Positions 62,299 to 64,000 of a stretch of 64,000 nt of DNA are shown piece after piece; position 1 is the stretch's first letter, and each line of letters opens with the position of its first letter. The notes beneath the pieces were generated by a model. That model had not been told where the DNA came from, made no database searches, and was given only the letters and a program-made list of their open reading frames with translations. Source of the DNA: Heptranchias perlo (lineage: Eukaryota); the NCBI RefSeq assembly GCF_035084215.1, contig NC_090349.1:27776001-27840000 (forward strand). Reading direction: 5' to 3'. Position numbers and translations under genes: made by a program.

Positions 62299-63706
62299 TC
62301 CTATTGAGAATTCTACACATGTAGAGTTTCTATTTCCCTGATAGAGAACACACTCTCTTCCCATAAGGACAGACTCCCACTTACCTAAGTGCAGAAAGCT
62401 ATTGTGCAGATTGGCAGAGCTAAGGCTATGGACACCCAATTTGCATAGTGGTAGTGCTAGAATTTAGCCAGCTTACCAGTATAGAAGGCCAGTGCTGAAA
62501 CTTTCTGAGTCCCAGCTACTGATTCTGAAGAGCTGGCAGAGTTTTTATTTAAAAAAACTTGTTGATAAACCTTGCGCAGTAGAGGAACTGCTCGCTCTAT
62601 GTTTGATAAGGAATGAGGATAACCACTAAATTAACAGTGACAAAGTCATGAGTTAACCTAGTCAGCAGTGCAAGTGGAATAAAATGGCATCAAATTATAG
62701 ATCACAGATACCACTGTCGATATAATGTGGTCCTAAATTCAAATTCAAAGTGCTGATCCCATGTAACCATGCACAGTATTTTCTCAAATGATTGTTTCTC
62801 AGTTTTATTTTGATAAGAAAATGTAAGCTCTCTTAAAAAATGTTCTAATTTTTAAAATGCCCTCAGTGGGTGTTTTATTACTCTATTTATGGCAGAAAAT
62901 TTTCTTTGTGTGATATGGGCACTGAAATAGTAAACACCTTTATAAAGAATGGATTTATGATTTCATTACACAACACACAGAGGAATTCTCTCCACATGTG
63001 GGTTTATTGCTGTGCATTTTTTTGCTTTTCTTTGCAAAAGGTTTTAAATTTGTGTTGGGGCCCATTACCTGGTCGTGCTGAGCTCCAGTGTTGAGTCAGC
63101 TAATGATGGAATTAAGGCAATGGGTAGATTGATTTTTGATTCAGTGGAACAGGAACATTCTGGATCCAGCTGTGACATTCTCAAACGCGTGTGAAATAAA
63201 TTGTGTCACACTTGCATTTGCTAACATCGGTGATTACACAACGTTTATGGTCACACATGAAGCTCTGTCAAGGGCTCGTAGCAGGATATGATCAACATCA
63301 CAAGTTGAACTATTTATCATATTTGACTGGTGGTGATGAGAAATTTTATCTATAGTGTTAAAATGTCTTTAAAAATGATTTTCCACATCATCACACTTGT
63401 AATATTTATCTCCACAGTTCCAGAATATATGTACTACAGTATAAATAATTATAGCCTCGACTTACCTCTTTCCACATGGTGTGATTTAAAAAAAAGTATT
63501 CTGAAAAAGTCAAGAGTACACTTTCATATTTTGATTAAGTAGATTTCCATTGGGAATAGTTCTTGACAGATTGGCAGCTTAATTAGTTGTGTTATAATAA
63601 ACCTCCAAGCTATAAATATTTATAAGACCATGTAGATGGCAGTTGACTCCTGACACATCTGTTCAAAGGTTATTATTTTAATATGTTATTAAGCATATCC
63701 CTAGCA

Positions 63707-63945
63707 GTGGCTCCCTTGATGGCTCAGCTGTTAAAGCAATCAGTAGATGGTAGGTGAGCCAAGTGGACCAGGAAGGTCCCAGATTTGATCCCTATTCTGT
63801 GCTGAATTAGCAGATCTCAGCCGCGACAATGGCAAGTGTGCTGCAATAGGCCTCATCAGTCATGGTAATGGTAGTGGAAAATTGACAAGAGTTGCTGTTC
63901 TGTTTGCTAATCAGCAACCCTGTCTAGAATGGTGGTCAAGATTTT
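63707..63945 (+). mobile_element. Second, older tRNA-headed SINE family; related copies at ~620-1025(-), 17075-17480(+), 27590-27710(-), 30450-30700(+) and 57845-58110(-)
   Basis: Shared GATGGCTCAG.TG.TAAAG head and GACCAGG..GGTCCCAG.TTTGATCCC B-box-like segment; family name not determined. Confidence 0.5.
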
Positions 63946-64000
63946 GATATTTCTTGGTTGATGTTTTCAAACATAAAGAACCTGAGAAGTATTTTCACTG

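Overview
Vertebrate genomic DNA, most likely a cartilaginous fish (inferred from the repeat complement). The window covers the TBC1D10A - SF3A1 - CCDC157 block, recognised from protein motifs and in the same order I recall for human 22q12. TBC1D10A coding exon 1 is on the minus strand (18839-19047) and intron 1 runs off the left end. SF3A1 is complete on the minus strand: 16 GT-AG coding exons, 31518-57320, 2337 nt = 778 aa + stop. CCDC157 starts head-to-head from a shared CpG-island promoter, with its first coding exon at 58962-59209. The rest is mostly CR1/L2 LINE fragments, tRNA-derived SINEs and hAT/MITE elements. The most unusual signal is a young Penelope-like element (PLE) family with two insertions (6425-8105 and 35250-35681). 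Each carries a minimal hammerhead ribozyme, and the helices are preserved despite sequence differences between the copies. Each also has a perfect hairpin copy of host DNA at its 5' junction, and one captured a 268-bp copy of nearby SF3A1 intron. An inverted LINE pair brackets SF3A1 exons 11-12. All alignments were done by eye; repeat boundaries are approximate.
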